Part shown: positions 21,851-32,044 of the stretch, piece by piece
Layout: every line of letters starts with the position of its first letter
Position numbering within the stretch: the stretch's first letter is position 1
Origin: Acidobacteriota bacterium
Lineage (GTDB): Bacteria > Acidobacteriota > Thermoanaerobaculia > Gp7-AA8
Direction of reading: 5' to 3'
Length of the DNA: 64,000 bases
Assembly: GCA_019244185.1 (NCBI GenBank)
Contig: JAFATB010000019.1
Coordinates: 30,525 to 94,524, forward strand
Notes under the pieces: generated by a model
Seen by the model: only the letters and a program-made list of their open reading frames with translations
The model's database searches: none
Told to the model about the DNA's origin: nothing
Made by a program: the position numbers and the translations under genes

Positions 21851-22944
21851 CACGCGATGGGGTTCACTTCGCCGAGCCACTCCATCGCGCGCACGCCGCG
21901 CGCCGCGCGCGCCTTCGAGCGCTCGATGCCGAGGACGATCAGCCGCTCGATCAGCCGCGGGTACTTGAGCTCCGTCGCCTCCCACAACTTCGGATACATG
22001 GAGATGTTCGTGAAGCCGGGAATCGTGTTGATCTCGTTCACGTACAGCCGGTTCGTGCCGCGCTCGAGGAAAAAGTCGACGCGCGCGAAGCCGGACGCGC
22101 CGACCGCCTTGAACGCGGTGATCGCGTGGCGCCGCAGCTCGTCCGACTTGTCCTTGGCGAGCTTCGCCGGAATCACGAGCTGCGATTTGTCGTCGACGTA
22201 CTTATCCGTGTAGTCGTAGAAGTCGCGCCCCGCGACGATCTCCCCCGGCACCGACGCTTCCGGATTCTCGTTGCCGAGCACCGAGACCTCGAGCTCGCGC
22301 GCGTCGACGCCGCGCTCGACGAGCACCTTCTCGTCGAACCGCAGCGCGTGCTCCATCGCCGCGTCGAGCATGCCGTCGTTCTTCACCTTCGTCACGCCGA
22401 CGGACGAGCCGCTGTTCGCGGGCTTGACGAAGTACGGCAGCCGCAGCGCGTTCGTGACCGCGCGCGTGACGCGCTCGCGCTCGTGGCGCCACTCGCGCTC
22501 CTGCACCGCGACGTGATCGACCATCGGCAGCTTCGCCGCGGCGAACGCGTGGCGCATGTGCACCTTGTCCATGCCCACCGCGGACGCGGTGACGCCGCTG
22601 CCGACGTATGGCAGACCAAGGATCTCGAGGTAGCCCTGCAGCGAGCCGTCTTCGCCGCCGGTGCCGTGGATCAGCGGAAAAACGACGTCGATGGCCTGGC
22701 CGCGCGACCACGTCTCGAACGAAAAGTCCTTGTCGCCGCTCGCGCTCTTGTCGTCGCCCGCGAGGATGCGCGCGCTGCGCTCGGGCGCGATGAAGCGTCC
22801 GTCGCGCGCGATGCAGACCGGCACGAGCTCGATGCGCTGCCGCGGCGCGGCCGCGGCCACCGAGCGCGCGGAGAGGATCGACACCTCGTGCTCGGCGCTG
22901 CGGCCGCCGAACAGGAGGATGACGCGAAGAGGCGACGTGATCAT
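21850..22944 (-). CDS. ddl: D-alanine--D-alanine ligase
   Basis: GGRSAEHEVS, HGTGGEDG, KPANSGSSVG, FYDYTDKY, EINTIPGFT. Confidence 0.96.
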   Translation of the reverse strand: MITSPLRVILLFGGRSAEHEVSILSARSVAAAAPRQRIELVPVCIARDGRFIAPERSARILAGDDKSASGDKDFSFETWSRGQAIDVVFPLIHGTGGEDGSLQGYLEILGLPYVGSGVTASAVGMDKVHMRHAFAAAKLPMVDHVAVQEREWRHERERVTRAVTNALRLPYFVKPANSGSSVGVTKVKNDGMLDAAMEHALRFDEKVLVERGVDARELEVSVLGNENPEASVPGEIVAGRDFYDYTDKYVDDKSQLVIPAKLAKDKSDELRRHAITAFKAVGASGFARVDFFLERGTNRLYVNEINTIPGFTNISMYPKLWEATELKYPRLIERLIVLGIERSKARAARGVRAMEWLGEVNPIA

Positions 22945-22977
22945 GCGAGCAGCTGCCGGATGACGACCCGCGACGGC

Positions 22978-24519
22978 TCAGTGCCCGAGCGGGATGCTTC
23001 CCAGCAGGTACTTGAGATCGTCGTCGCGCCAGCGCACGCCGCCGCCGAACGTGAAGGCGGTGTCGTTGAGCGCGTTGTCGATGCCGCCGGTGATGAAGAT
23101 GCGCGGCGTGCGCGGCTTCTCGTTGCGGATCGTGTACTCGCCGAAGAGGCGCAGGTGCGGCATGTCGTCGCGGCGCTTGCCGAAGTCGAACGCCTCGCCG
23201 GTGATGCGCAGGCGCGGGTTGTACTGGTAGTCGACGCCCGCGCCGCCGGTCGAGTCGAAGAGGCCGACGCGCACGGCGAGATCGTCGAGCACCCAGCCGA
23301 CCTGGCCGGAGATGAGGAAGTCGCGGTCGAACTTGGTCGTCTTCGTGACGATGGTCTGCGACTCGCCGGTGTCGGCGTTGGTCACGGTCTGCACGTCGAA
23401 CTTGTCGCGCCGGCGTCCGCGCGGATCGTCGGCGAGGGCGATGTTGTAGAAGCGGTTGTTCTGCGGATTCGGCGTGAGGCGCACGCCGAGCTCCGCGCGC
23501 GAGTTGCCGCCGAAGTCGGGGCTCTGGCCGCCGACTTCCTGCGGCTGGTTCGCGCCGGCGAGATACTCCGACTTGATGCCGATGTCGAGGCCGAGGCGGT
23601 TCGCGCGGCCGAGCGTTTCCTGCAGCGACTTGACGCCGCTCTCGACGGAGGCGAGCGCACTCGTGAGCCGCTCGTGCGCCTCGTCGCTGTAGAAGAGTTT
23701 GCCGACCGTGCCCTGGCCGCTCTTCACCTGTCCCGTGATGGCGTTGAGGTTGTCGGCGGTCACGCGCAGATCGCCGGAGAGGCCGCGCAGGTTCTGCACG
23801 ACGGCGCGGACGTCGTCGCGATTGTCGCCGACGGTTCCGCCGATCTGACTGGCCACGCGATCGATGGAGTTCGCGAGCCGCGGGATCTCGACGCGCAGCT
23901 GCGCGGTGATCTCGCGCGTGTTCGCAAGCGTGGCGTCGACGTTCGCGCGGTTCGCGACGATGAGCGCGCGCACGTCCGCCGTGATCCCGCGCACGTTCTC
24001 GACGATGTCGATGAGGCGCTGCTGTCCTTCCGGTCCGGCCATCACCGTGCGCAGCGACGCCGTGATCGCTTTCACATCCGTCGCGATCGCCGCGACCTGG
24101 TCGGTGACCTGATCGAACGACGCGGGCGCGGAGCCCTGCAACACGAGCGTCTGTTCCGTGCCGACGGCGGGTGAGTTCGCGGTGCCGGGCGTGAGCTCGA
24201 TGTACTTCTCGCCGAGGAGGCCGAGGTTCGCCACTTTCGCGGTCGCGTTCTGATGGAGCGGCACGTCGCCGTCGATCTTCATCGTCACTTCGGCGCGGCC
24301 GTCGGGCAGCACCTTGATGTCGCTGACGTGACCCTTGCGCACGCCGGCGATGCGCACCGCGGACTCGCGATCGAGTCCGGCGACGTCGTTGAAGATCGCC
24401 TTCACCTCGCGCGCGTTGCCCGAGCGGCGCAGATTGATGTCCTCGATGCGCAGGATGAAGAACCCGAGCACCCCGAGCGCGACCAGCATCACCAACCCGA
24501 CTTTTGCTGCAGACGTCAT
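22978..24519 (-). CDS. MlaD/MCE family protein with helical region and beta-rich C-terminus
   Basis: KVG + TM, VAGLDRESAVRIAGVRKG, GLLGEKYIELTPG, GTVGKL. Confidence 0.88.
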   Translation of the reverse strand: MTSAAKVGLVMLVALGVLGFFILRIEDINLRRSGNAREVKAIFNDVAGLDRESAVRIAGVRKGHVSDIKVLPDGRAEVTMKIDGDVPLHQNATAKVANLGLLGEKYIELTPGTANSPAVGTEQTLVLQGSAPASFDQVTDQVAAIATDVKAITASLRTVMAGPEGQQRLIDIVENVRGITADVRALIVANRANVDATLANTREITAQLRVEIPRLANSIDRVASQIGGTVGDNRDDVRAVVQNLRGLSGDLRVTADNLNAITGQVKSGQGTVGKLFYSDEAHERLTSALASVESGVKSLQETLGRANRLGLDIGIKSEYLAGANQPQEVGGQSPDFGGNSRAELGVRLTPNPQNNRFYNIALADDPRGRRRDKFDVQTVTNADTGESQTIVTKTTKFDRDFLISGQVGWVLDDLAVRVGLFDSTGGAGVDYQYNPRLRITGEAFDFGKRRDDMPHLRLFGEYTIRNEKPRTPRIFITGGIDNALNDTAFTFGGGVRWRDDDLKYLLGSIPLGH

Positions 24520-25109
24520 GGTTCCACTCCGTTGGTTTGTAGAGGATCGATTCCGGCCTTCCGCAACATCAGGAAGAGCGTAGCAAGCGGTAGTCCGACC
24601 ACGTTCGTGAAGCTGCCGTGCACGGAGTCGATGAACATCGAGCCGATCCCTTGCACGGCGTACGCCCCCGCCTTGTCGAGCGGCTCGCCTGTGCGAACGT
24701 ACCATTCGATGTCGCTCGGCGACATCGGCAGCATCCGCACTTCCGACTCCGACACGCGCGTCTCGCAGTAGCGCAGGTCGACGTTCTGCAGCGTGACACC
24801 CGTATAAACAATGTGCGTGCGTCCGGCGATGGTGGCCAGCATGCGCTCGGCATCGGCGGCGTCGGCCGGTTTCTCGAGCAGCTCGTCACCATAGAGAACG
24901 GTGGTGTCGGCGGCGATGACCCACCGCGACGGATTCGCCGACGCGAGCGCCTGCGCCTTGTCGCGGGAGAGCCGCGCGACGTACTCCTCCGGCGCCTCGC
25001 CTTCCGCGCGCACTTCCGGCACGTGGCTCGGGAGGACGTCGAAGTCGAGGCCGATCATGGCCAGCAGCTCGCGCCGCCGCGGCGATGCCGAGGCGAGGAT
25101 GAACTTCAC
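24516..25109 (-). CDS. maf: Maf-like nucleoside triphosphate pyrophosphatase
   Basis: ILASASPRRRELL, ADT, EKP, DKAGAY, NVVGLP. Confidence 0.95.
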   Translation of the reverse strand: MKFILASASPRRRELLAMIGLDFDVLPSHVPEVRAEGEAPEEYVARLSRDKAQALASANPSRWVIAADTTVLYGDELLEKPADAADAERMLATIAGRTHIVYTGVTLQNVDLRYCETRVSESEVRMLPMSPSDIEWYVRTGEPLDKAGAYAVQGIGSMFIDSVHGSFTNVVGLPLATLFLMLRKAGIDPLQTNGVEP

Positions 25110-25119
25110 GCGCGCAAGT

Positions 25120-25377
25120 CTATCGCGCGGACTGCCGAACGCGCGCGATGGTCAGCACCACGATGAACCGCGCCTCGGCCACGATCCGATAGATGATGCG
25201 CAGCGCGCCGACGCGGTACGACCAGAGCCCTTTCAGCGGATCGAACAGCGGCGCGCCGGCGATCGGATCGTCGTCGATGCGCTGCAGCGCGTCGCGCACG
25301 GCCGCGCGCTCGTCGCCGGTCAGCGCGTGAAAGTCGCGCTCGGCCGTCTCGGTGATGCGCAGCCTGTCATTCCACAT
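25120..25377 (-). CDS. RelE/ParE family toxin
   Basis: 85 aa, LKGLWSYRVGALRIIYRI; overlaps antitoxin. Confidence 0.85.
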   Translation of the reverse strand: MWNDRLRITETAERDFHALTGDERAAVRDALQRIDDDPIAGAPLFDPLKGLWSYRVGALRIIYRIVAEARFIVVLTIARVRQSAR

Positions 25378-25627
25378 CGAACAGCTCTTCGACGAGCAGC
25401 ACTTTCCCCGTGCGCCCTTCTTCTTCCGCGGTCTCGATCTGCGCGTAAAGCAACGGCTCGTTCACGATCTCGATCGTCTCGCGCAGCGCGAGGTACTCGT
25501 CGTACGAGACCAGCATGGCCACCGGGCGCTCGTTGCGCGTGAAGAGCGTCTGCGTGCCGGTGATCTCGCATTCGCTCACGAGCGCGCGCGCGGCGTCGTC
25601 GAGATCGAGCACGTCGATCGTTTTCAT
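25367..25627 (-). CDS. Phd/YefM family antitoxin
   Basis: TRNERPVAMLVSYDEYLALRETIEI; acidic 86 aa. Confidence 0.85.
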   Translation of the reverse strand: MKTIDVLDLDDAARALVSECEITGTQTLFTRNERPVAMLVSYDEYLALRETIEIVNEPLLYAQIETAEEEGRTGKVLLVEELFDVE

Positions 25628-25635
25628 CGCGTCGC

Positions 25636-26547
25636 TTACGAGGCCGCGACGGTCTCGCTCTCCGGCGCGGTGACCGCGGGCGGCGCGGCCACGCTCTCGA
25701 GGTATGCGCGGAACTCGCGCGCGAGCTGCGGGTGGCGCAGCGCGTAATCAACGGTCGCTTTGAGGTAGCCGAGCTTCTCGCCGGCGTCGTAGCGCGTGCC
25801 TTCGAAGACGTAGCCGTAGAAGTCGCCCTGCTGCACGAGCGCGCGCAGCGCATCCGTGAGCTGGATCTCGCCGCCCGCGCCGCGTTCCGTTTGCTCGATG
25901 AGCGGGAACACTTCCGGCGGCAGGATGTAGCGGCCGATGATGGCGTAGCGCGACGGCGCGTTCGCCTTCGGCTTCTCGACCATGTCCGTGACTTTGAAGC
26001 GCCGTCCGCTCTCCAGCTCGCCCGCGACGATGCCGTAGCGCGACGTTTCTTCGGCGGAGACTTCCATCAGCGCGATGACCGGCCGGCCCGTCTCCTCAAA
26101 CACCCGGCGCATCTGCAGCAGACACGGCTCCTCGGCGAGGATGACGTCGTCCGGCAGCACGACCGCGAACGGATGATTGCCGACGGCGTCGCGCGCGGTG
26201 AGCACCGCGTGCCCGAGGCCGAGCGCTTCCTTCTGGCGGACGGAGATGAGATCGACCATGCGGCTGACCAGATCGACTTCCGCGAGGAGATCGTGTTTGT
26301 TGCGCTCGCGCAGCGAACGTTCGAGCTCCGCGGTGCGGTCGAAGTGATCGAGGATCGTGTCCTTCCCCTTCGAGGTCACGATCACGAGTTTGTTCATGCC
26401 GGAGTCGCGCGCTTCCTCGATGCCGTACTGGAGGATCGGCTTGTCGACGAGCGGCAGCATCTCCTTCGGGATGACTTTCGTCGCCGGAAAGAAGCGGGTG
26501 CCGAAGCCGGCGCAGGGGAAGACGCACGTGCGTAGCGTGTCGGTCAT
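25636..26547 (-). CDS. galU: UTP--glucose-1-phosphate uridylyltransferase
   Basis: AGFGTRFFPATKVIPKEMLPLVDKP, LGLGHAV, VEKP, GEIQLTD. Confidence 0.96.
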   Translation of the reverse strand: MTDTLRTCVFPCAGFGTRFFPATKVIPKEMLPLVDKPILQYGIEEARDSGMNKLVIVTSKGKDTILDHFDRTAELERSLRERNKHDLLAEVDLVSRMVDLISVRQKEALGLGHAVLTARDAVGNHPFAVVLPDDVILAEEPCLLQMRRVFEETGRPVIALMEVSAEETSRYGIVAGELESGRRFKVTDMVEKPKANAPSRYAIIGRYILPPEVFPLIEQTERGAGGEIQLTDALRALVQQGDFYGYVFEGTRYDAGEKLGYLKATVDYALRHPQLAREFRAYLESVAAPPAVTAPESETVAAS

Positions 26548-26942
26548 GAGCGGGGGTAAGCATACAGCGAGCGTCCGCGCGGCAGAAACGCGCGCTTCCG
26601 CGGAGCGCGCGGACACGGACGTGTCACGGAACCGCGTCCGCGCTGCAAAGCAGGCGCGGAAATCCGAAGCGGCGATTCGCTTCCCTGAATTGAATTTCCG
26701 AATTTCCGCTTCCAATTCCGTAATGCCGCACAATGAATTTCTCAGCCATTGAATAAAACCTGCTGAAATACAGGTGTAACAACCGTGACCGTTCCGTGCA
26801 AATCGCGTTCAATGAACGAGATGCGTAATTACAGGCCATTGAAGAAATGCGCTGTACACCGTTCGTTCACAATGCATTGAAGGCGTTGGCCCACAATGAG
26901 TTCCGCGACATGGCACGAGCGGCTGCGATCGTGCACTGAGAG

Positions 26943-26968
26943 CGACTCCGAAAATTCGAAAGGAGTCG
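26943..26968 (+). promoter_or_regulatory. Hairpin sequestering the Shine-Dalgarno of the TonB-dependent receptor gene
   Basis: CGACTCC (26943-49) pairs with GGAGTCG (26962-68); ATG at 26973. Confidence 0.5.
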
Positions 26969-26972
26969 AAGA

Positions 26973-29900
26973 ATGAGACAACGCCCCATCGTCCGATCAT
27001 CGCTCTCTCTCTTCACCGCGCTGCTCGCGTCACTGCTCGTGACCGTCAGCGCATTCGCTCAGCTGCAGACCGGCAACATCTTCGGTACCGTCAAAGGTGC
27101 CGACGGCGCCGTGCTGCCCGGAGTCACCGTCACCCTCTCCGGCGTCGGCGCGCCGCAGACGACGGTCACCGACGAAACTGGACGCTTCCGCTTCATCAGC
27201 CTCTCTCCCGCCACCTACACGCTCAAGGCCGAACTGGCCGGCTACGGCACGGCGTCGCGGAGCGGCGTCACCGTCAACATCGGCCGCAATGCCGACGTCG
27301 AGATGAAACTCAGCCCCTCGATCTCGGACGCGATCGTGGTCACGTCGGACGCGCCGCTGCTCGACACGCGCAAGACCGGCACCGGCAACGACGTGCCGCG
27401 CGTGGAGCTCGAGAAGATCCCGTCGGCGCGCGACCCGTGGGTCATCCTGCAGCAGACGCCCGGCGTCTCGATGGACCGCAACAACGTCGGCGGCAACGAG
27501 TCCGGCCAGCAGTCGGTGTACGTGTCGAAAGGCACGGTCGGCACGCAGGCGACGTGGAACGTCGACGGCGTCAATGTCACGGACTTCGCCGCGACCGGCT
27601 CTTCGCCTTCCTACTACGACTTCGACTCGTTCGAGGAAATGCAGATCACGACCGGCGGCTCCGACCCGCGCATCATGACGCCGGGCGTGCAGCTGAACAT
27701 GGTCACCAAGCGCGGCACGAACGACTTCAACGGCTCGGCGCGCTATTACCGCACGTCCAACGCCTGGCAGGCCGACCCGCGCATTCCGTCCGAGGCGTCG
27801 TCGTACCTCGCGCGCGTCAACGAGATCAACGGCATCAGCGACGCCGGCGGCGAAGTCGGCGGCCCGATCATCAAGGACAAGCTCTGGTTCTGGGGTGGAT
27901 ACGGCAAGCAGAACATCAACATCCTGTCGGCGTCGATCGTCGCGGGCGCCCGCTTCCAGGACAAGACGCTGCTCAAAAACGAGAACCTCAAGTTCAACGC
28001 TCAGCCGTGGGCGTCGAACAGCCTCACGTTCGTCGACCAATTCGGCGACAAGATCAAGCTCGGTCGCAACGTCAGCACGACCCGCTTCCCCGCCAGCGCG
28101 TGGAACCAGGACAACCGCTACGACAACGGCACCGGCAGCCTCACCGATCCGACGCTGCTCAAGGTGGAAGACACGCAGCTCTTCGGCTCGAACCTCTATT
28201 TCACCGGCCTCGTTTCGAAGGTGCAGGGCGGCTTCCAGCTCATCGCCGACAACGGCAAGGGCTGCCGGACGTTCGACTGCGGCATGGACACGCTTCCCGC
28301 CTACATCAGTGAAGCGGACGGCGGCGCGTTCGAGCGCAGCTACCTCAGCGTCGAAGGCCTCCGCCCGCAGACACAGTACCGCCTCGACGGCTCGGCGTTC
28401 CTGAACACGGGCGCGATCAATCACGAGCTGAAGTTCGGTTACGGCTACCGCGAAGCGAAGGTCACCTCGCGCACCGCGTGGCCGGGCGGCGAATACACCG
28501 ACCTCTATTCCGAGACCGGCGGCACCGACGTCGTCGCGCTCCAGCGCTTCCCGCTCCTCACGTTCTTCTCGAAATCGACCGATGCGTACATCGGCGACAC
28601 GATGCTCCTCGGCAATCTGACCGTGCAGGCGGCCCTCCGCTTCGACCAGCAGAAGGGCGGCAACAGCGCCGGCGTCGCACAGGCGAACCCGGTCATTCCG
28701 GAGGTCCTGCCGACGATCAACTTCGACGCCGCGACCGGCCTGACGTGGCGCAATGTCTCGCCCCGCATCGGCATCACGTACGCCCTCGGCGCGGATCGCC
28801 GCACGCTGCTGCGCGCCGGCTACAACCGCTATGTCGATCAGATGTCGGCGACCACGGTCACACCCACATCCGCCGGCGCCTATTCACTGGTCTACTACTA
28901 CTTCAACGATCTCAATCACGACAAGATCGCGCAGCACGACGAGATCGACTTCGACTACGGTCCGCTCGCATTCGGCGGCTTCGATCCCTCCAATCCCACC
29001 GCCAGCACCGCGTTCACGCGCTGGGACCACAATCTCAAGGCGCCGACCACCGATGAAATCCTCCTCGGCGGCGAGCGCGAAATCCTCACGAACTTCAGCG
29101 TCGGCGTGAACCTCACCTACCGCAAACTGCGCGACTTCATCGGCACGTACGGCGAGAAGCACCAGGGCCAGAGCGACTTCCTCACCTCCGCTGATTACGT
29201 GCAGGCCGCGCCGGTCACCGCGACGCTGCCGAACGGACAGACCCGTTCGCTCACGTATTACCAGCTCGCGCCGGGCGTCGCCGTTCCGGTCTACAGCGTC
29301 ATCCGCAACATCCCCGATTACTCGCAGACCTACAAAGGCCTCGAGCTGAATCTCATCAAGCGCATGTCGAACCGCTGGATGATGCGCGGCAACCTCACAC
29401 TGCAGGACTGGACGCAGGACGCCGGCCCCGGCGCCTCCGCCGATCCGACGCTGCAGCGCACGACGCAGGGCTCCGGCTTCTTCACCGCCTGCCTCACCTG
29501 CGACGGCTCGGTCATCTATCAGTCGACCGGCTCGGGCAGCAAGGGCAACGTCTACATCAACTCGAAGTGGTCGACGAGCCTCACCGGCCTCTATCAGATT
29601 CCGATCGTCGAGACCTCGCTCGGCTTCAACCTCAATTCGCGTCAGGGTTACGCGCTGCCGTACGTCTGGCTCGTGCGTCCGCCGACGGGTGAAGGCACGA
29701 AGGCGCTCATCGCCACCGAAGACGTCGACAGCGTGCGCCTCCCGAACGTGACGCAGCTCGACATGAACCTGTCGAAGGACTTCCGCGTCCACGGCGTCGG
29801 CTTCACGGTCTCCGTCGATGCGTTCAACATCCTCAACAGCAACACGATCCTGCAGCGCAATGTCACACAGCTCAACTCCCAGGCCAATGTCAGCACTCCG

Positions 29901-29975
29901 GCCCTGTCGTCGAACCGGGTCGCGGAGGTGATGTCGCCGCGCGTCTTCCGCCTCGGTGCGCGGTTCTCTTTCTAG
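26973..29975 (+). CDS. TonB-dependent receptor, Oar-like, with N-terminal carboxypeptidase-regulatory-like domain
   Basis: Signal peptide, G.V...G..LPGVTV, VDGVN plug, NMVTKRGTN, C-terminal PRVFRLGARFSF. Confidence 0.92.
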   Translation: MRQRPIVRSSLSLFTALLASLLVTVSAFAQLQTGNIFGTVKGADGAVLPGVTVTLSGVGAPQTTVTDETGRFRFISLSPATYTLKAELAGYGTASRSGVTVNIGRNADVEMKLSPSISDAIVVTSDAPLLDTRKTGTGNDVPRVELEKIPSARDPWVILQQTPGVSMDRNNVGGNESGQQSVYVSKGTVGTQATWNVDGVNVTDFAATGSSPSYYDFDSFEEMQITTGGSDPRIMTPGVQLNMVTKRGTNDFNGSARYYRTSNAWQADPRIPSEASSYLARVNEINGISDAGGEVGGPIIKDKLWFWGGYGKQNINILSASIVAGARFQDKTLLKNENLKFNAQPWASNSLTFVDQFGDKIKLGRNVSTTRFPASAWNQDNRYDNGTGSLTDPTLLKVEDTQLFGSNLYFTGLVSKVQGGFQLIADNGKGCRTFDCGMDTLPAYISEADGGAFERSYLSVEGLRPQTQYRLDGSAFLNTGAINHELKFGYGYREAKVTSRTAWPGGEYTDLYSETGGTDVVALQRFPLLTFFSKSTDAYIGDTMLLGNLTVQAALRFDQQKGGNSAGVAQANPVIPEVLPTINFDAATGLTWRNVSPRIGITYALGADRRTLLRAGYNRYVDQMSATTVTPTSAGAYSLVYYYFNDLNHDKIAQHDEIDFDYGPLAFGGFDPSNPTASTAFTRWDHNLKAPTTDEILLGGEREILTNFSVGVNLTYRKLRDFIGTYGEKHQGQSDFLTSADYVQAAPVTATLPNGQTRSLTYYQLAPGVAVPVYSVIRNIPDYSQTYKGLELNLIKRMSNRWMMRGNLTLQDWTQDAGPGASADPTLQRTTQGSGFFTACLTCDGSVIYQSTGSGSKGNVYINSKWSTSLTGLYQIPIVETSLGFNLNSRQGYALPYVWLVRPPTGEGTKALIATEDVDSVRLPNVTQLDMNLSKDFRVHGVGFTVSVDAFNILNSNTILQRNVTQLNSQANVSTPALSSNRVAEVMSPRVFRLGARFSF

Positions 29976-29997
29976 ATTTCAGTTTCAGCGTTGCGAC

Positions 29998-30034
29998 GGG
30001 CCCGCCGGTTCATTCCGGCGGGCCCTTTGTATTT
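29998..30034 (+). terminator. Rho-independent terminator
   Basis: GGGCCCGCCGG-ttcatt-CCGGCGGGCCC-TTTGTATTT. Confidence 0.85.
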
Positions 30035-30100
30035 GTGCGCGGGTGATGGCGGCGCGTTTGCTAGGGCCGCGTATGGTAAAACTGTCGACCATCGGCCACC

Positions 30101-32032
30101 ATGCGTAAAGTCCTGATTCTCCTCGCGCTCGTCGTCACGACGAGCTCTCTCTCCGCGCAATGGCGCCGCGCAGGTCTCTTCGGCGCCGACGTGCGCGCCC
30201 TCATCGCCGATCCCGCTTCCCCCGACACGCTCTACCTCGGCACGAGCGGCGGCGAGGTGTACGTCTCCCGCGACGGCGCACAGACGTGGGTCACGCCGCG
30301 CAACGGCACGCCGTTCCCCGGCTACGTCGTCGACAACCTCGTCATCGATCGCGAGGGAAAACTGTGGGCGGCATCGTGGGGCCTCTGGGGCGGCGGCGTG
30401 ATCGCGGTGTCGAACGACGGCGGCCGCACGTGGACGCGCCGCGACGCGGGACTCGAGGACTTTTCCGTGCGCGCGATCGCGGTCGATCCGAACGACGCGA
30501 GCTTCGTGCTCGTCGGCGGCCTCACCGGCGTCTACGCGAGCCACGACGGCGGCACGACGTGGGCACAACTCTCCGATCAGGTGAACGTCGAGTCGCTGGC
30601 CATCGACCCGCGCTCGCACGACCGCATCTTCATCGGCACGTGGCGCCAGGGCTGGCGCACCGACGACGGCGGCAAGACGTGGAAGCACATCGACGAGGGG
30701 ATGGTCCTCGACACCGACATGTTCTCGATCACCGTCGATCCGGAGAAGCCGGACAACGTCTGGGTGGCGACGTGCGGCTGGGTCTACAACTCGCAGAACG
30801 GCGGCGACAACTGGACGCGCTACCGCGACGGCTTCAACAACCGCCGCATCCATGATGTGGAGATCGACCCGTGCGACAAGACGACCGTGTACGCGGGCTC
30901 GGTCGCGGGTCTCTATCGCTCCGACGACAACGGGAAGAGCTGGTACGCGGTGTCGGATGAAGGGCTGGTCGTGAACTCGATCGTGCTGCACGCGCAGCGG
31001 CCGAACCGCATCGTGCTCGCCGTCGAAGGCGACGGCGTGTACGTGTCGAACGATCGCGGCAAGTCGTTCGCGCGCACGAGCGACGGGCTGCACAACCTGC
31101 GCATCGCCACGATCGCGCCCGATCCGTTCCAGAAGAATCGCGTCTACTCCGCGGTGGTCTTCGGCGGCGCGGCATCCGGCATCTACCGCTCCGACGACGC
31201 GGGCCGCACGTGGGATCGCGCGAGCAAGACGCAGCTGCCCGAGGTGCTGTCGCTCGCGATCGCATCGGAAGCGGATGCGGACGTGAAGTTCATCGCCGGC
31301 ACGGAAAAGGGCTTCTTCTGGAGCAACGACGCGATCGAGTGGACGCAGGCGGAACCGTCCGGCTTCCCGATCCGCGTCGACAAAATCCTGCGCTTCAATC
31401 GCACGCGCTCGTTCGCCGCAACCGCGGAAGGGGTCTTCACGACGCGCGACGGCGGCAAGACGTGGTACCGCCTCGCCGGCGCAACGAATCGCGCCACCGA
31501 CATCGCCATCGGCTCCATCGACGGGAAGAAGGCGCTCGTCGCCCTGACAAACGCGGGCCTGGAAGTCTTCGACGGGCAATCATGGATCGCGATCGCCGAC
31601 GCGCCGACGCGCGGCCGCACGATCGCCGTCCGCAGCATCGACGGCTCCGACGTGATCTTCATCGCCGGCGCGCAAGGCGTGAAAGCAGGCTCGCTCGTCG
31701 AGCGCAAGTGGCAGCCGTCCATCGCTCCCGACGCGACGCTCGCCGCGGTCTACGGCGGCAGCCGCAGCAGCGGCCAGATGCTGTTCCTCACCTCACGCCA
31801 GCAACGCGAGATCCTCGTCGGCGAACCGTCCGACGCACAATGGAACGAGCTGACGCTCCCCACCGGCAATACGGAAGTGACGTCGATCGTCCCCGATCCG
31901 TTCGCCGTCGACCGCTATTACGTCGGCACCCTCGGCGAAGGCGTCTTCGTCTACGAAGGCAAGACCCGCCGCTATACCGCACCCGCCAACCAGGAACGCG
32001 CGCAGCTGACGCCGGCGGGCACAGGGAACTAG
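30101..32032 (+). CDS. Secreted BNR/Asp-box beta-propeller protein (YCF48/VPS10-like)
   Basis: Signal peptide and repeated SxDGGxTW Asp-boxes. Confidence 0.88.
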   Translation: MRKVLILLALVVTTSSLSAQWRRAGLFGADVRALIADPASPDTLYLGTSGGEVYVSRDGAQTWVTPRNGTPFPGYVVDNLVIDREGKLWAASWGLWGGGVIAVSNDGGRTWTRRDAGLEDFSVRAIAVDPNDASFVLVGGLTGVYASHDGGTTWAQLSDQVNVESLAIDPRSHDRIFIGTWRQGWRTDDGGKTWKHIDEGMVLDTDMFSITVDPEKPDNVWVATCGWVYNSQNGGDNWTRYRDGFNNRRIHDVEIDPCDKTTVYAGSVAGLYRSDDNGKSWYAVSDEGLVVNSIVLHAQRPNRIVLAVEGDGVYVSNDRGKSFARTSDGLHNLRIATIAPDPFQKNRVYSAVVFGGAASGIYRSDDAGRTWDRASKTQLPEVLSLAIASEADADVKFIAGTEKGFFWSNDAIEWTQAEPSGFPIRVDKILRFNRTRSFAATAEGVFTTRDGGKTWYRLAGATNRATDIAIGSIDGKKALVALTNAGLEVFDGQSWIAIADAPTRGRTIAVRSIDGSDVIFIAGAQGVKAGSLVERKWQPSIAPDATLAAVYGGSRSSGQMLFLTSRQQREILVGEPSDAQWNELTLPTGNTEVTSIVPDPFAVDRYYVGTLGEGVFVYEGKTRRYTAPANQERAQLTPAGTGN

Positions 32033-32044
32033 GCCCCCGGTAGA

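Noticed and set aside
21850-22944. Glycopeptide-resistance ligase (with the VanX-like gene at 48297)
   Set aside because: FYDYxxKY loop is the ordinary D-Ala-D-Ala type; the two genes are 25 kb apart with no vanH/vanRS
26911-26926. Sigma54 promoter TGGCACG..TGC upstream of the TonB receptor
   Set aside because: GG to GC spacing is one base too long for the strict -24/-12 geometry
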